This document shows positions 1 through 14,102 of a DNA stretch of 64,000 bases, in pieces. Position 1 is the stretch's first letter. Each line of letters starts with the position of its first letter. The DNA is taken from the NCBI GenBank assembly GCA_012295275.1, contig CM022678.1, forward strand, positions 2,046,001-2,110,000. The letters are read 5' to 3'. The notes beneath the pieces are model-generated. The model saw only the letters and a program-made list of their open reading frames with translations, was not told where the DNA came from and searched no databases. Source of the DNA: Chrysomallon squamiferum (taxonomy: Eukaryota; Animalia; Mollusca). Made by a program: the position numbers and the translations under genes.

Positions 1-171
1 AGAAATTTTGATCGTTTTCTCGCGAAAGCATCAGGTGTTTTTAAAAAATGTGAAATTAAAACAGGATTATCAAGACCGTATTTTTTTCAGTGAAAATTGT
101 TAAATGTGATACAAACAGATACTATAAAAAAAAAAAAAAAAGACCGTGTTGGTGGGTTTTCTTTTGTTCTT

Positions 172-212
<41 letters not shown>

Positions 213-1149
213 ATGAAATATTTTCAAAAATTGGCTGTGCGGCTGTTCTTTGTTTCCCACATTTTTTAAAATTCCCTAAAAAGACCTTGCCTCTCATTCT
301 TCCCTGTGTTATAGTTTTGAGGCCCATGGAAGCAGGTGGTTATATGACTTGTGAAAATTTTTCATTGAAAATAAAAAATAAATTGTAAAAAAAAAAAGAA
401 GAAGAAGAATAAAAGAATGGACAACTTTGCAGCAGATTTCCATCAGTGTTGAAACAAGCATTATTATTATTTTTTTCAAGCGTGTACGTTTGTGTGGTAT
501 TTTCATAAATACTTATGACAGCTAAGCAAAAAAAAAAAAAAAAAACTCAAGACAAACACAAAAAAAAAAAAAACTTCATTTGAAGATTGTTATTGTTTTC
601 AATTGACCTGAAGAAAGAAAGAAATACAAAAACGAAAAATAAAACTTCACAATTTTCAGTGAAAAGAAGTCGGAATGGAGTTACCTGCAGCAGATGATTC
701 TTCTAAAAATAGCCTTTTGTGTGAAGTTGGAGGTTACTCACTCTCTACCTTCTCGTCGTCATGTCCGTAATGTGCCAGTGGCACTGAAATATCAAGTTTT
801 TCTTTTTCTGTTAATGAAATAAAGTCTATAATATGGCATGCATAACAAATACAGTGTTGTTTCATTTTGATTTTACATTTCTCAGAATTTTTTTACACGT
901 TTTACAAACCACAGTTTTAAAAATTTGAATTGCCAAACATTTTAGTTTTGTAATTGGATTAAGGATAAATAAATAAGTTATAATATTATTCCATGCATCT
1001 GAAAGTAGACATGAAAGATTTTATTTCATTTTGTGTGATGATAGAGATTTTCTTTTAAAAATGTGTGTCTATTATATATTTATAATTTCAAAGAACTTTA
1101 TTTAAATTAAAAGCAACAAAATTGTTAACATTATTTTGCCACTTAATGT

Positions 1150-1389
1150 TTCAGGATTAAACTTGAAAATGAAAGTTAAAATTTTCCGTGAAAAACACTT
1201 AGTGTTGGTCAACTTTCACTTTTTATTTAACTGAACAAACGAGATGAAGCAACTTTAAGACTAAAATGCAAATGGAAAGTAAAAATACTTCAGGATTAGA
1301 TTTTGAAAATGAAAGTAAAATTTTCTGTGAAAACACTTAATGTTGGTCAACTTTAAGACTAAAACGCAAATGGAAAGTAAAAATACTTA
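1150..1389. repeat. Local imperfect direct duplication
   Basis: TTCAGGATTA...TTGAAAATGAAAGT...GTTGGTCAACTTT...TAAGACTAAAA.GCAAATGGAAAGTAAAAATACTT occurs twice in tandem. Confidence 0.75.
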
Positions 1390-2526
1390 GAATGACTTTA
1401 ATTTTATGTCACACTCATCTAACAGAGGTTGCCAGAGAAAATATTTACTAATTACAGGTCTTTTTTCTATTATTGTTGTTATTAATAGTAAAAATACATC
1501 AGTATACAATATGTATGGATTTGATTTGAAACAATAAAAATTAACATGAAAACATTAACTGTTAACATTAATTGAATTCCAGTTTGATATTTCAGAGTTG
1601 GTAGGTGAAAATGGTTACTGATAAAAAAGCTGTGTTATTTTCTTTCTATTTATTATTATTATGTTTATATATATAAATATTCATTGTAACATGCATTAGA
1701 ATGTACTACCGCTGAAAGTAATGACTGCTACATCATCACCACATTTAATAAATTAGACTTAATAACAAATATATCATAAAATATCCTTAAAATACTAAAT
1801 GAATAAATTTAGTGTGTATTTATAATTCAGTAATGAATTCTGTTGTGAGCTAGATTTCTCAATGGATTATGATAAAATGCCAAAAAGGTTAAGTTGTTGC
1901 ACTGAGTGGTGTGATTGAAACAGGAATTTTGTTCCTGTTATTACTAATACTCTTATTAAAGCACACAGTAATTTTCTCTTTTTCAAATTGAAGTCCGTAA
2001 ATGTTACTGTGTAATCTCACAAAATGTTTTAGATTTGACAGACATTGAAATTAATGAAAAAAAAATTTAAAAAAAAACTTCAGAAATTTGTAATGTGGGC
2101 TTTTGAAGCTTGAAAATATAAATTTTATTATTTATTTATTATTATATACTTTTTAAATGTATTATTAGAAATGACTGCATTAGGCCTGTGTGTGTGACAC
2201 GACAATACATTTACAGAAGTGCAACAACACGTTTGACAGCTCGTATTGTGTGTGTTCCCGTAGTGGGGGCGCGACTGATCACTGAAGGGTGACAGGAATT
2301 CAGATATGTATATTTTAAAAAGCTGGCTCATTTTCAAACGTTTTCAGGGAAAGAACAAAAAAAATAAAAAAAAATCTGATCGAAGAAACAATATCATTGT
2401 TTAAATAATAAACGAGTTTGGTCTTGAAACTGGCGATCTTCCAAAACAGGGTAGGTAACTGAAACAATGCTAGGTGTCGTTTCTAGAATCTTCAGCATGT
2501 GATTTATTCTTAATGTTGTCTTGATC

Positions 2527-2571
<45 letters not shown>

Positions 2572-3406
2572 TAATTAATTTCGTAAAAAATGAGAATAGG
2601 CCTAAATTACATTTTTCGTTAAAATAATGAGAAATATTTCAATTCGGTAGAACAGTTTAGCAGTTTAAAATATACGGCAATATTTAACATGTGCTTCAGT
2701 TTTAAATTATGACTACTTCGAATGATGACTTAATTTACTTATATTCAGATAAATGAAAAACCGTACATCGATTTTAAATACTTGAAGTGTAGATTCTAAA
2801 CAATTCACTGCATATCAAACATGTCGGTCAAAAACAAATGACGTACTCAAAGTTTACCTAGTTACAGCTTATCACCATAAAAATACACAATACACAAATT
2901 ACTTCAGTCAGAAATCACTGGACACGGGTAAACGATTTTATTATAATTTACAACGTACAATTTTAACTATTTGTTTATTCATAGGCGTCTTATATTTACT
3001 ACGACATCATAGGATCTGGGCTGGGACACTTGTTTAAAACAAAATTTCAATCTCAGGCGGGGTAACTACTGTCTGCCATGTCCTTGTAACCGCTGTCCGC
3101 CATTTTGATGAAGTACAGGCGAGAAATCGATAAAAGTCGTAGTACCAAAAGTACTAACGTGTTTGTCCTTTGTCCGGTTTTTATCTCTGACCAAAGTTCA
3201 GTCGTAAATGTGTTTTACACTCGGCATCAGCTGATAGGTCGTTTCCGACTGCTCGCAGTGCACTTAATTCTTAACTGAGCCAAACGACTCTTTCGTAATC
3301 GCAGTTTCTTCTAGAAGCAGTTAAAACTCAATGATGGTGATTGTCATTGTTATTATGATTATTATGACGACGATGGTGATGAAGAAAATAATAACACCAA
3401 CAACAG

Positions 3407-3437
<31 letters not shown>

Positions 3438-3555
3438 AAAAATATATATAATCAATTCGCTATGATTACAAATTTATTTTAGGTAATTTAGAAACGTTAC
3501 TGCACGTTTGGCAGAATATTACAAAAATATCCCATCAACCCTCCTTTAAATCATT

Positions 3556-3601
<46 letters not shown>

Positions 3602-3846
3602 TATTCTGCGTACTGGTTGGCGGTACGAAGGTCAACGAACGACCGAGTTTACACATCAAGCTATTTGTTACAGGTAACTTGCGACTTACGTTCTACGGCT
3701 GTCAGAGCTTGTTTTCGAACACTTCGGAGCGAACGGATGGCTAAATGGGGTAAAACGCAGTAACACAAAACTAACTTCGCCGTGTCGCTGAAGTGTATCC
3801 CAGGGTAAGATGTAACTTTATCAAAATCGCTGATGCCCCTGTTGTA

Positions 3847-3925
<79 letters not shown>

Positions 3926-4242
3926 TTAATAATAATTTAAAATATTTAAATATTTACTAATTTGCAGCAGTACATAGTCAGAAGAGAACTAGCCAGATCT
4001 CATAAAAACACTAAACATTCAAACAAACAATAAAATAAAATAAAATGTATTCATTACTCGTTTATCAGCAGAGTTGTGTGTGTAAGTAAAATGTAAATAA
4101 AATTAAACTGCACGTAATCACCTATGTCTCTGTAACGTTCTGTTATTTATGTACTGTTTATGTGTGTGCTCTCGTTAAATGAAAAACGAAACGTCTACGG
4201 AATAAAAGTAAAAATACACGCCTGTCTGCATTTATATAAATT

Positions 4243-4293
<51 letters not shown>

Positions 4294-5153
4294 GTGCCAG
4301 AGATTAACTTGTACTGACGTCTGTTCTGACTGTACTTTGACCTCGTTCTCGTAAATCGTCTAAGAACTTTTTAATATCACCAGAGAAACTTAATTACTGT
4401 ATTAAATGAATGCTCTGTGTGATTAAAATAAATAATTTAATAATGGAGGCTTTAAAACATCACTTTTGTACTAGTATTATTTAGCTACTGTAACTTATTA
4501 CTGTATCATTACATCATCATCATCATCATAAATCATCTTGTTCTTCTTATTAATTTATACATTACGAAATTAACTTCAGAATATCTATAAATATGCCAAA
4601 TAATATACATTTTGTGAGACTGAGATTTTATTTCAGTCTTTTTAATACAAATTTTAATTTGATATTTTATTTTAGTCTTTTTAGTACAAATTTTAATTTG
4701 ATATTTTAACAGTTGTTATTATAAAAACTATTAACGATTAAAGATGCTGAAAGTCTCAAATTTCCTGTACGAATGGTAACGGCTGCAGATTAAAAATAGA
4801 ACCGCCACTGCCATATTCCGTCTCTTAATGGGGATTCCGAGCATATTCGGAATCTTTCGTTTATTCTTACGGAAAAGGACGATATCTTCCAAAGCATTCC
4901 GAGCGCTCTTTTTCCCTTTCCCTACGTTATCTGTTCAACAATGACACTTCGTCATGAAAAGCGTTTCCAAACGTGAGTTACGATAGGACATCTGGGTCAC
5001 CGAGATTTCCAGTTTATTTATACCAGCCAGCAGTCGGTCTGCTCTGCCTTGCCACACAGTTTATTTTCCCGATACGCAGTTAGACGTCTGCGAACTGGCC
5101 GCTTCGACTGGACGTAGCCAAACATTGCGTCGGTTCCAGCGAACCAGTGAAAC

Positions 5154-5385
5154 ATGCACATATTTGTCGAGTTTCTGGTGTTGCTGGCTAAACTGGTGTA
5201 CGTGTGCGCCGAGGCGATAGTTCTCGCTGTTCTCCCCGCCAGCCTGAGAGGTAAAGATGTAGCAGGCGAAACTGTGCTTATTACTGGAGCAGGTTTGTAT
5301 AATTTCATCATCCGTTTTTAAACGAAAATAGCGCATTTAGATAAATAAATATTATGGAGCTAGAGACAGAGATGGCTAGATAGAT

Positions 5386-5480
<95 letters not shown>

Positions 5481-5682
5481 AAACAATTAAAAAAATTATC
5501 TGATTTTGCCCAAATAACTGTTAAAATAAACTATTTTTAATGAATGTAAAATAATTTTTAATAAATAAATTTATTTTATAATGTTTAAACGTATTTAAAT
5601 CCAAAATACAAAATTAATATTTTTATGTAATAATAACAGAACATTTTAAATAGTATAACATATATATATATATATATGTATG

Positions 5683-5717
<35 letters not shown>

Positions 5718-7467
5718 TTATTTATATATATATAATATACAATGCAATAAAATACAAAATAATAAATATAATATGATATGATATACAATGTAATAGAAAA
5801 GAATAAATGTAATATAATATAACACAACACAACATAACATAATAACGTAACATAACAGCATGTTTTAATTTGTAGGAAGTGGCATAGGTCGATTGCTGGC
5901 AGTAAAGTTTGCTCAGCTGGGCTGCCGAATGGTATTGTGGGATATCAACAAGGAATCTAACGAAGAAACGGGCGCCATGCTGAAAAAGTATGGCGCCACA
6001 GTTCGAACCTACAGAGTGGATCTGACAGATCTTGAAGAAATTTACAGAACAGCCGACATGGTAATGACGTCATCTCCACTTCCGTTCCAGAAGTAAGTGT
6101 CCGCGACATTAATGTTTTTTTTACCGGTGTCCTGTGCTTATTATAGAATTTAAAATTAATTCTCATTTATTTTTTGTTTTTAATAAATCTTGAAACTGAA
6201 AAACAGCATGAAAATCTCCCCCATAAATAAGTAAATAAATAATGTTTTGTTATACTGCTTATAACTGTGGTACCTTTTCATTTATGTAAATATATAAGTT
6301 ATTTATTTATTTATTTATTATTTATTATTTATTATTATTTATTTATTTATTATTATTTATTTATTTATTTATTATATTATATTTATTTATTTATTTACTT
6401 TAAAATGACACAGTTCTGTAAAAAGTGAAAATATATTTTTAAAAAATTCGATTTATAAATAATTATTTACAGTATTATTTTCGTCAGAGTTGTAAAATGG
6501 CGAAGAAAATATCAAAATAACGAATAACATTTAGATTAAATTAATACAGAGAGATCAGAGAAGAAAAAAGACAAGTTCTGAAATTATTAATTTAATTTTG
6601 TTTTACACCTTACAGCACGGGGCACAGTAAGAAAAAAAATGTCGTAGATACTTTTAAATTTAAAATTTAAAATTTAAAATTTGTGAAAATGAAATCGGCG
6701 TACAAAGAATAACACAAGTTAAACATTAATTTTACTATATATATATTTAGTTTTGTCTATTTATTTTCCAAGCAAAATAGTTTGTAGTAAAAGTAATAAT
6801 TGTAGTAGCCAAAATAATAATAATTGCAAGAGCAATAACATTAATAATTGCAGCAGTAGTAGTAGTAGTAGTAGTTGTTGTTGTAACACTAATAGTAATT
6901 GTAATGGTAATAGTACTAGTTACAGTAATGGTAATAGTACCAACAGTAATAGTGATTAGGTAATCGTAACGGCGGTTTTTGCTGTTATAGTGACAAGGGT
7001 GATGTATAAGAGCAGTGTACAGTTAAGAAACTAATTAATGTTGTTTTAATTTTCTGTTGTGTTTGCAGGTGAAAGAGCAGCTAGGTCAAGTTGACATACT
7101 GATAAATAATGCAGGTATTGTCACTGGAAAGAAATTCATGCAGTGTCCGGACAGCCTCGTTTTGAAAACAATGGAGATCAACTGTTTGGCACATTTCTGG
7201 GTTTGTTACTACTTAACTTAATTTAATATCTATTCTTTTCTTTTCTTTTCATTACTGTTGTTGTTGTTATATATATATATTTTATTATTTTATTATTCTG
7301 TTTTGTTTCGTTTTGTTGGTTTTATTTTCGTTGTTTTGTTACTATTTAATTGAAGTGTGTAGCTTTTCTTTTCTTTTCATTATTACTATTATTATTATTA
7401 TTATTATTATTTTAAAAACATTATTTATTAATATTTGTTTTATTAAATAAAGTACAAATATGAATTC

Positions 7468-7510
<43 letters not shown>

Positions 7511-8115
7511 GTTATCATCATCATTATTTAATTAATTTTTTCTCATCGGAAATTTTATTTGAATTTTAATATTTTATTGTCATAATACAAAGCAACCTCT
7601 GAAAAACGCTTTAAGATAAGCATACTTTATTTTCTATAAAAAAAAACTATAGCTCTCAAAGTGTCACTATGTGTGTGTGTATGTGTGTGTTTGTCTGTGT
7701 GTGTGTTTGTGTATGTGTGTCTGTGTGTGTTCGTTTATTTTTATTTATTTATTTTTTATTATTATTATTATTATTTTTTTTTTTTAAATGTTTCCAGACG
7801 GTTAAAGCTTTTATGCCCGCCATGATGGAACATAATCATGGCCATATTGTGAACATTGCCAGTTCTGCAGGTCTGTTCGGCTGTACGGGGTTAGCAGATT
7901 ATTGCGCCAGTAAATTCGCCGCTGTTGGTTTTGACGAATCCCTGAGATTCGAACTCTTAGACCTTGGGAAGGACGGAGTCCATACAACAGTTGTCTGCCC
8001 TTACCTGATAACTACTGGAATGTTCGAAGGTTGCCAATCATCGTAAGTGGTAATAGAAATAATAGTAGCAGTAGTAGAAGTAGTAGTTGAAGTAGAAGTA
8101 GTAGTAGTAGTAGTA

Positions 8116-8156
<41 letters not shown>

Positions 8157-8237
8157 AACAGATTTAAAAGATTTAAAATTGTTTTTATTTTCAAGATCTC
8201 TTTAATAAATATTAATATAGGCGTGTGCAGTCTGCAC

Positions 8238-8280
<43 letters not shown>

Positions 8281-8847
8281 TTCCAGCTTTCCGTGGCTGT
8301 TGCCGCCGTCAACTCCGGAGGAAGTAGCTAACAGAATCGTGGACGCTGTTCTGTGCAACTCCCACATAGTTTTCATTCCGAGAGTGTTACATGTTTTACT
8401 ATTAATAAAAGGGTGAGTGAAATCTCGTGAAATCTTGCCACTATTCGTGATGTTCAAAACTATTTAAATATTTAGAACTTAGTAAATAATATACATATAA
8501 ATATATCATTTTAAATAATAATAATAATAATAATTAGATGTCTATAACTCTGTGGATTTAAAATAAATTTAAATAAAAACAAGTAAATCATCTCGATTTT
8601 AGAGACATTTAATTGCTTGGAACTATTTAGTGTTTTATGCAGACTATAATTATGTGTGTCTATAGTTACGTACTTTTTTTTTCGTAATATAAAAATTAGA
8701 AGTTTTTATAAAACTTAAGTTTAATGTGTATCATCTTTTTCCAGTATTCTGCCGACAAACGGTATTCGTCTGGTGAGCCAGTTTCTGAAAGTGAATCACT
8801 TAATGGACAGTTTCAGAGGGACACAGGAGTCGACATGTCAGCAGTAA
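5154..8847 (+). CDS. SDR16C-family short-chain dehydrogenase (epidermal retinol dehydrogenase 2 / RDH10-like), paralogue 1, 309 aa, 6 coding exons
   Basis: join(5154..5292,5876..6060,7069..7200,7798..8042,8287..8412,8745..8847). All introns are GT-AG, phases are consistent, total 930 nt. Hydrophobic N-terminal anchor [17 protein letters not shown], Rossmann [30 protein letters not shown] and catalytic YCASK. Confidence 0.93.
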
Positions 8848-9069
8848 CAACCTCAAAGAACCAAATAAATCCGGTGAAAATTAAAAAAAATAAAGCTGTA
8901 ATTCCAAAATTAATAACCGTCGTAATTTTCACAAAAATTCCAGCATTAAATGTTTGGGTGTTTTCGACTGTGGTCGGTATACATTCGAATGCTTTCGATA
9001 TATTTCGTCTACCTCATGCTTGCCAAAAAAAAAAAAATAAAAAAAAATAAAATAAAATAAAATGTTTTA

Positions 9070-9534
9070 CAGTTGTCCCTCGATTTCACGAAGCTCTGTT
9101 TTCCGAAATCTGAAAAAATCTGAAAATGTGAACTTACTGCCATTTGCCACGTAAAACCTTACCTCTCTGGACTATTAAGTTATTTTCAGTTCCACTACAT
9201 GATCACGGAAATGCTCTCTCAGTCACAATTCACATTCCACCAGAGTATCAGTACATTTTACAGCTACATACACATAACCATCCTAACCTTACAAATTTCA
9301 CCCAGCCTAGGCAACGTTTTTTTTTTTTTTTTTTCTTTACATACATTCTATGACATTTGTTTAGATTGCTTTTATGGACCTGTATCGTTCTTACAGTATT
9401 ATATTACTGTAATATATATATCTACTACTGTGTGTACTAAAGTTTAATGTTTCGGTAAGCTTTAGGGTTAAGGTTACATTCGCGATTTCCCAGACCGGTG
9501 TTCTCAGTTAGTCCGTGAAATCGAGAATCAACAG
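9070..9534. mobile_element. Non-autonomous Tc1/mariner-pogo-type MITE just 3' of SDR paralogue 1
   Basis: Imperfect terminal inverted repeats CAGTTGTCCCTCGATTTCACG (9070-9090) and CGTGAAATCGAGAATCAACAG (9514-9534), flanked by TA on both sides (9068-9069, 9535-9536). No coding capacity. Confidence 0.6.
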
Positions 9535-9758
9535 TAATTGTAATATCCATGGTTACTTACTGACGCAAAGACTTTGTTATCGTTGATACCAAAAATATTG
9601 TTAATATTTTGATTGTAATTGTTTTCATTGTACATAAATCAAAAGCAACCATAACTTTTAAAAATGTATCATGTGACACCAATTTGTAAAGATTATTAAA
9701 TATTTTTAATGAATGTGTCGTCTGTTTGTTATTTCAAACGGTTTGTATTATTCATGTC

Positions 9759-9818
<60 letters not shown>

Positions 9819-10523
9819 AACTAATTTTTTGTAATTTTTTCTTTATATAATTTATATTTTATATGTCATTTGGACAAAACAATAATAACACACATCCATC
9901 TTCCATAAATATGGGGAAAAAAATAAAAGTTTCAATTTTATTTTGTACAAATACACTCGTATTTCATTCAACATCAATTTTGAATCTCTACATTTCTTGC
10001 CATTATTATTCAAGGGAGGTAACTCTAATACGATTCTAAAATGATCGGTGCGTTTGAAATCAAAATACTCTGACAACACAAGATATGTCAATAAAATGTC
10101 GTAGGTTAGCTATGCGTCAGTGTTTATGGTATTCTTCTTGTTTATTACTGCCGTGGTTGTTGTTTGTTCTGTAAACATGACTTCAGAACTGTACGACGTT
10201 AACTATATGAAAACCGTCCAACTCAGAAATTCTTGATATTTCTTGAATAACACAACTGAGTAATTAACTATCACATATAATAAATCTTTAAAATGTTAAT
10301 AACAACAAAAACAACAAAATATATGGAAATATATTTTTATTATTATTCTGATCTTTCAACTAAATTAATGATTTCACTGGGAATGTACCAACCATGAAAA
10401 TACTGATAAGAAAACAAAAAACGTAAAAAGTAAAAAGAAAACAAAATGGAGTACGATAAAGAAATGGGCGTGATGATAACTTGTAATTCAATGCACCATA
10501 TTTGTGTGTGTATATATAATTTT

Positions 10524-10557
<34 letters not shown>

Positions 10558-10750
10558 AACATTTTTCCTTCTGTCTTCTATTTTCTATCTATAATAATTC
10601 TTGATCGGCCCCTGAATAATAATCCTTTCAAAATCTGAAATTGTTGTGGTAAATATAATTCACTAATGAGGCATATGAAAAACTATGTACTGAGCTTTAA
10701 GAAAAAATTATCTGGTTTGGTAAAAAGTAAAAAATAAAAATATATAAAAG

Positions 10751-10814
<64 letters not shown>

Positions 10815-11212
10815 TATATGAAAAAAAGTATTAGCACCAAAATAGGATTAAAAAAATAATTTGTCTATGAAAGTTGACTAGCTTATTTGTTAATAAAGTA
10901 TATATTTAAAACTAGTAAAAAGGCTTTGGAAATTTTTAAAAGCTAAGTTCTGTCTAACAGAGTGTACCTGTATATTATTTAATGATTTCTATTAAATTAA
11001 ATGGTTTATTTTTTTTTTCTTTGGTCCTGTTATCTTAGGTGAAAATTATTATGAGGAATCATTCTTTGGTCAGTTACAGAAATTTTTACCAAACAGTAAG
11101 AAGGAATAGAGGGAAAGACAGATGAAGAAATAATAACAGAAAGACAAAAACAGGAAGAGAAAATAAGTGATTGAAAGTGAAACAGGATTAAAGAAAAACA
11201 GAGAACAAGAAT

Positions 11213-11258
<46 letters not shown>

Positions 11259-11473
11259 ACTATGGAGAAAGACAAAAATCATATTCGCATCAAATCGGCA
11301 TTAATCAGATAGGGACAGGACATAAATATTCATTAGTAACTCATGAATATTAATCAGTCTCTTAGAAATAAAATCTTGCTCTGCCTTTGATCAGTGAACA
11401 TTAGTTTGCAGCTGCTTGCATAAATATTCATGAACAGCTCATGAATATTAATCAGTCACAGATGGATAAACAA

Positions 11474-14018
11474 CTATTCAGACTTTGATCGACCAGTGAA
11501 GTTGTCCATGGAATGCGAGATTCCCAAGTAGTCTGCTAAAATCAAACCTGGTTTAGATGGAATTATTCTGAAATAAATATAAAATGTCACTTCATTATTA
11601 AATATTTATATACAAATAAATAAAAAGAAGCATTTTTGATATATCTTGAATGATGTAAGTACACTGAATGTAGAATTAATTTGATGAGATTATTTGGAAT
11701 ATTTTACTTTTTATAAATTAATATTGTTTTAATTATAAATTTTTAATTTTTTTGTTTTATTTTATTTTATTAGAAAAGAAAATGAAATATTTAAAAATAC
11801 ACAAGATATTTCATTCAAAATGTAAAACTTATTTAAGAGTTTCCTTATAAAAAAACTAACTGAAGTCATCATTTAAACTTTAAAGTGATTCAAACACAAC
11901 ACAGAAAAACAGGAACAGAGTTTTTAACTTTCAGAATCGAAAATAATAATAAATTAATACAATTTTAATTTATTTGTCATAATGTTGTTGTCTCCCCTAC
12001 ATAATCTCTCTTACCACAAAAGTTTTCATCTGTGAAATTACATTTACACAATCATCAAAACATTAACACACTGCCAGATTTAAGTAAAAATATTTAATTT
12101 AAACAAAAATATTTTTAAAAAGTAATTATTAATTTTGTTTTACCCTTGAAGAGCGAGAGAAATGTAAAGAGAGCGAGGCATGCATAACATCTGCTGGTTG
12201 CACAAAATGGCCGTCATTATTTTATTAGCTGCATAGTCAGGACTTATGATTGGAAGAACTGAGGGAAACCTAGAAAATAAATGTGTAAACAATAATATTC
12301 ATAAAAATAGATTATGTAGATGAAAACTAGAATATAAATTTGTCAACAATAATATTCACAAAAATAGATTATGTAGATGAAAACTAGAAAATAAGTTTGT
12401 AAACAATAATATTCATAAAAACTGATTATGTAGATGAAAATTAGAAAAGAAGTTTGTAAATAATAATATTCGTAAAAATACATTATGTAGATGAAAATTA
12501 GAAAAGAAGTTTGTAATAATATTCATAAAAATAGATTATGTAAATGAAAATTAGAAAAGAAGTTTGTAAATAATAATATTCATAAAAATAGATTATGTAG
12601 ATGAAAATTAGCAAAGTCATTTGTAAATAATAATATGCTAAAAATAGGTTATGTAGAAGAAAACTAGAAAATATATTTGTAAATAAAAATTCATTTGACA
12701 ACAAATAAGAGTAAGTCTGGGCAAACTAAAATGAAATTTTATTTGAATTTGACTTGTAAAAAACTTGCAAATGCAAAATTTCACAAATTTCTGACTTACC
12801 ATTAATATAATACAATCAAATATTTTGTACACTGTAACATTGTCTGTATACATACAGAAACAGCCATAAAAACATAAACAAACATGCATACAAACACAAA
12901 TACATGTTATATGTACATACGTATACACTACATATATGTACATAAATACACAAAGAAACATTTATATTTACGTATGAAGAATGTGTTTGCACACTTTCTC
13001 TGCCATCGACAGTTTAAACATTATAATAAAAAGAGAAAAATTACTTTGTCTTCACTCCACTGAACATGCCTGTATCGATGAAGTAAGGGCAGACAACTGT
13101 GGTATGGACACCGTCTTTCTGCAGCAGGTCGAGTTCAAACCTCAGCGACTCCATGAAGCCTATGACAGCGAATTTACTAGCACAGTAGTCAGCCATCCCA
13201 GCAACACCAAACAAACCTGCACCACTGGCGATGCTGACGATGTGCCCGTGGTTTCTCTCCATCATCGCTGGCAAAAATGCTTTCACGGTCTGAAAAAAAA
13301 AAAAAAATAATTTTTTTTTTTTTTTTTAATATGTTTTGGTTGATGGTGAAAATCTTTTATGCAAAGTGTATCTGTTTTAAAATGAAACTGAATGTTTAAT
13401 ATCTACAGGTCAAATCTGTTGAAAATATATTTAAATCTGTTATTGTTATTTTTATCAGGGCATATGAAATATATCTAATATTATAATATAGCTAAAATAT
13501 ATAATAAACATTATATATTAATTCTATAAAATTTATTTTGCTGCACTAAATATATGAAAGTTATAAAATAATCAAACTCTGAATGACACATAATAACATT
13601 TATCTGATACATCATCTAAACAAAATATGTATGTACGTATGTATGTATCTATGTATGTATGTATGTACAAATGTATGAATGTAAATTTTAGTGTTTAAAA
13701 TATCGTACTACCTGGCAAAATCAATTCAGTGTAATATTAATTATGTGGCTGTATTTATTGACAAACTATCTGAATTTGTTTCTATATTATGTTTAAAGTT
13801 TAATAACTGAATAAGATAAATATTTTGAAATGTGCTACAGAGTTGTGTTTTATTTAAAAAGTTACCCAGAAGTGGGCCATCGTGTTAACTTCCATTGTCT
13901 TCTCAATGAGAGCGTCAGGACATTCGAGCAGTTTTTTCCCAGTAATGATACCAGCATTGTTCACTAGAATATCAACATCTCCATCCACCTGCTTTACCTG
14001 AAATATTTCACAAATACA

Positions 14019-14102
<84 letters not shown>

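Noticed and set aside
3052-3103. Minus-strand micro-ORF MADSGYKDMADSSYPA
   Set aside because: It is only 16 codons, its ATG is part of a YY1-like motif, and there is no independent coding evidence.
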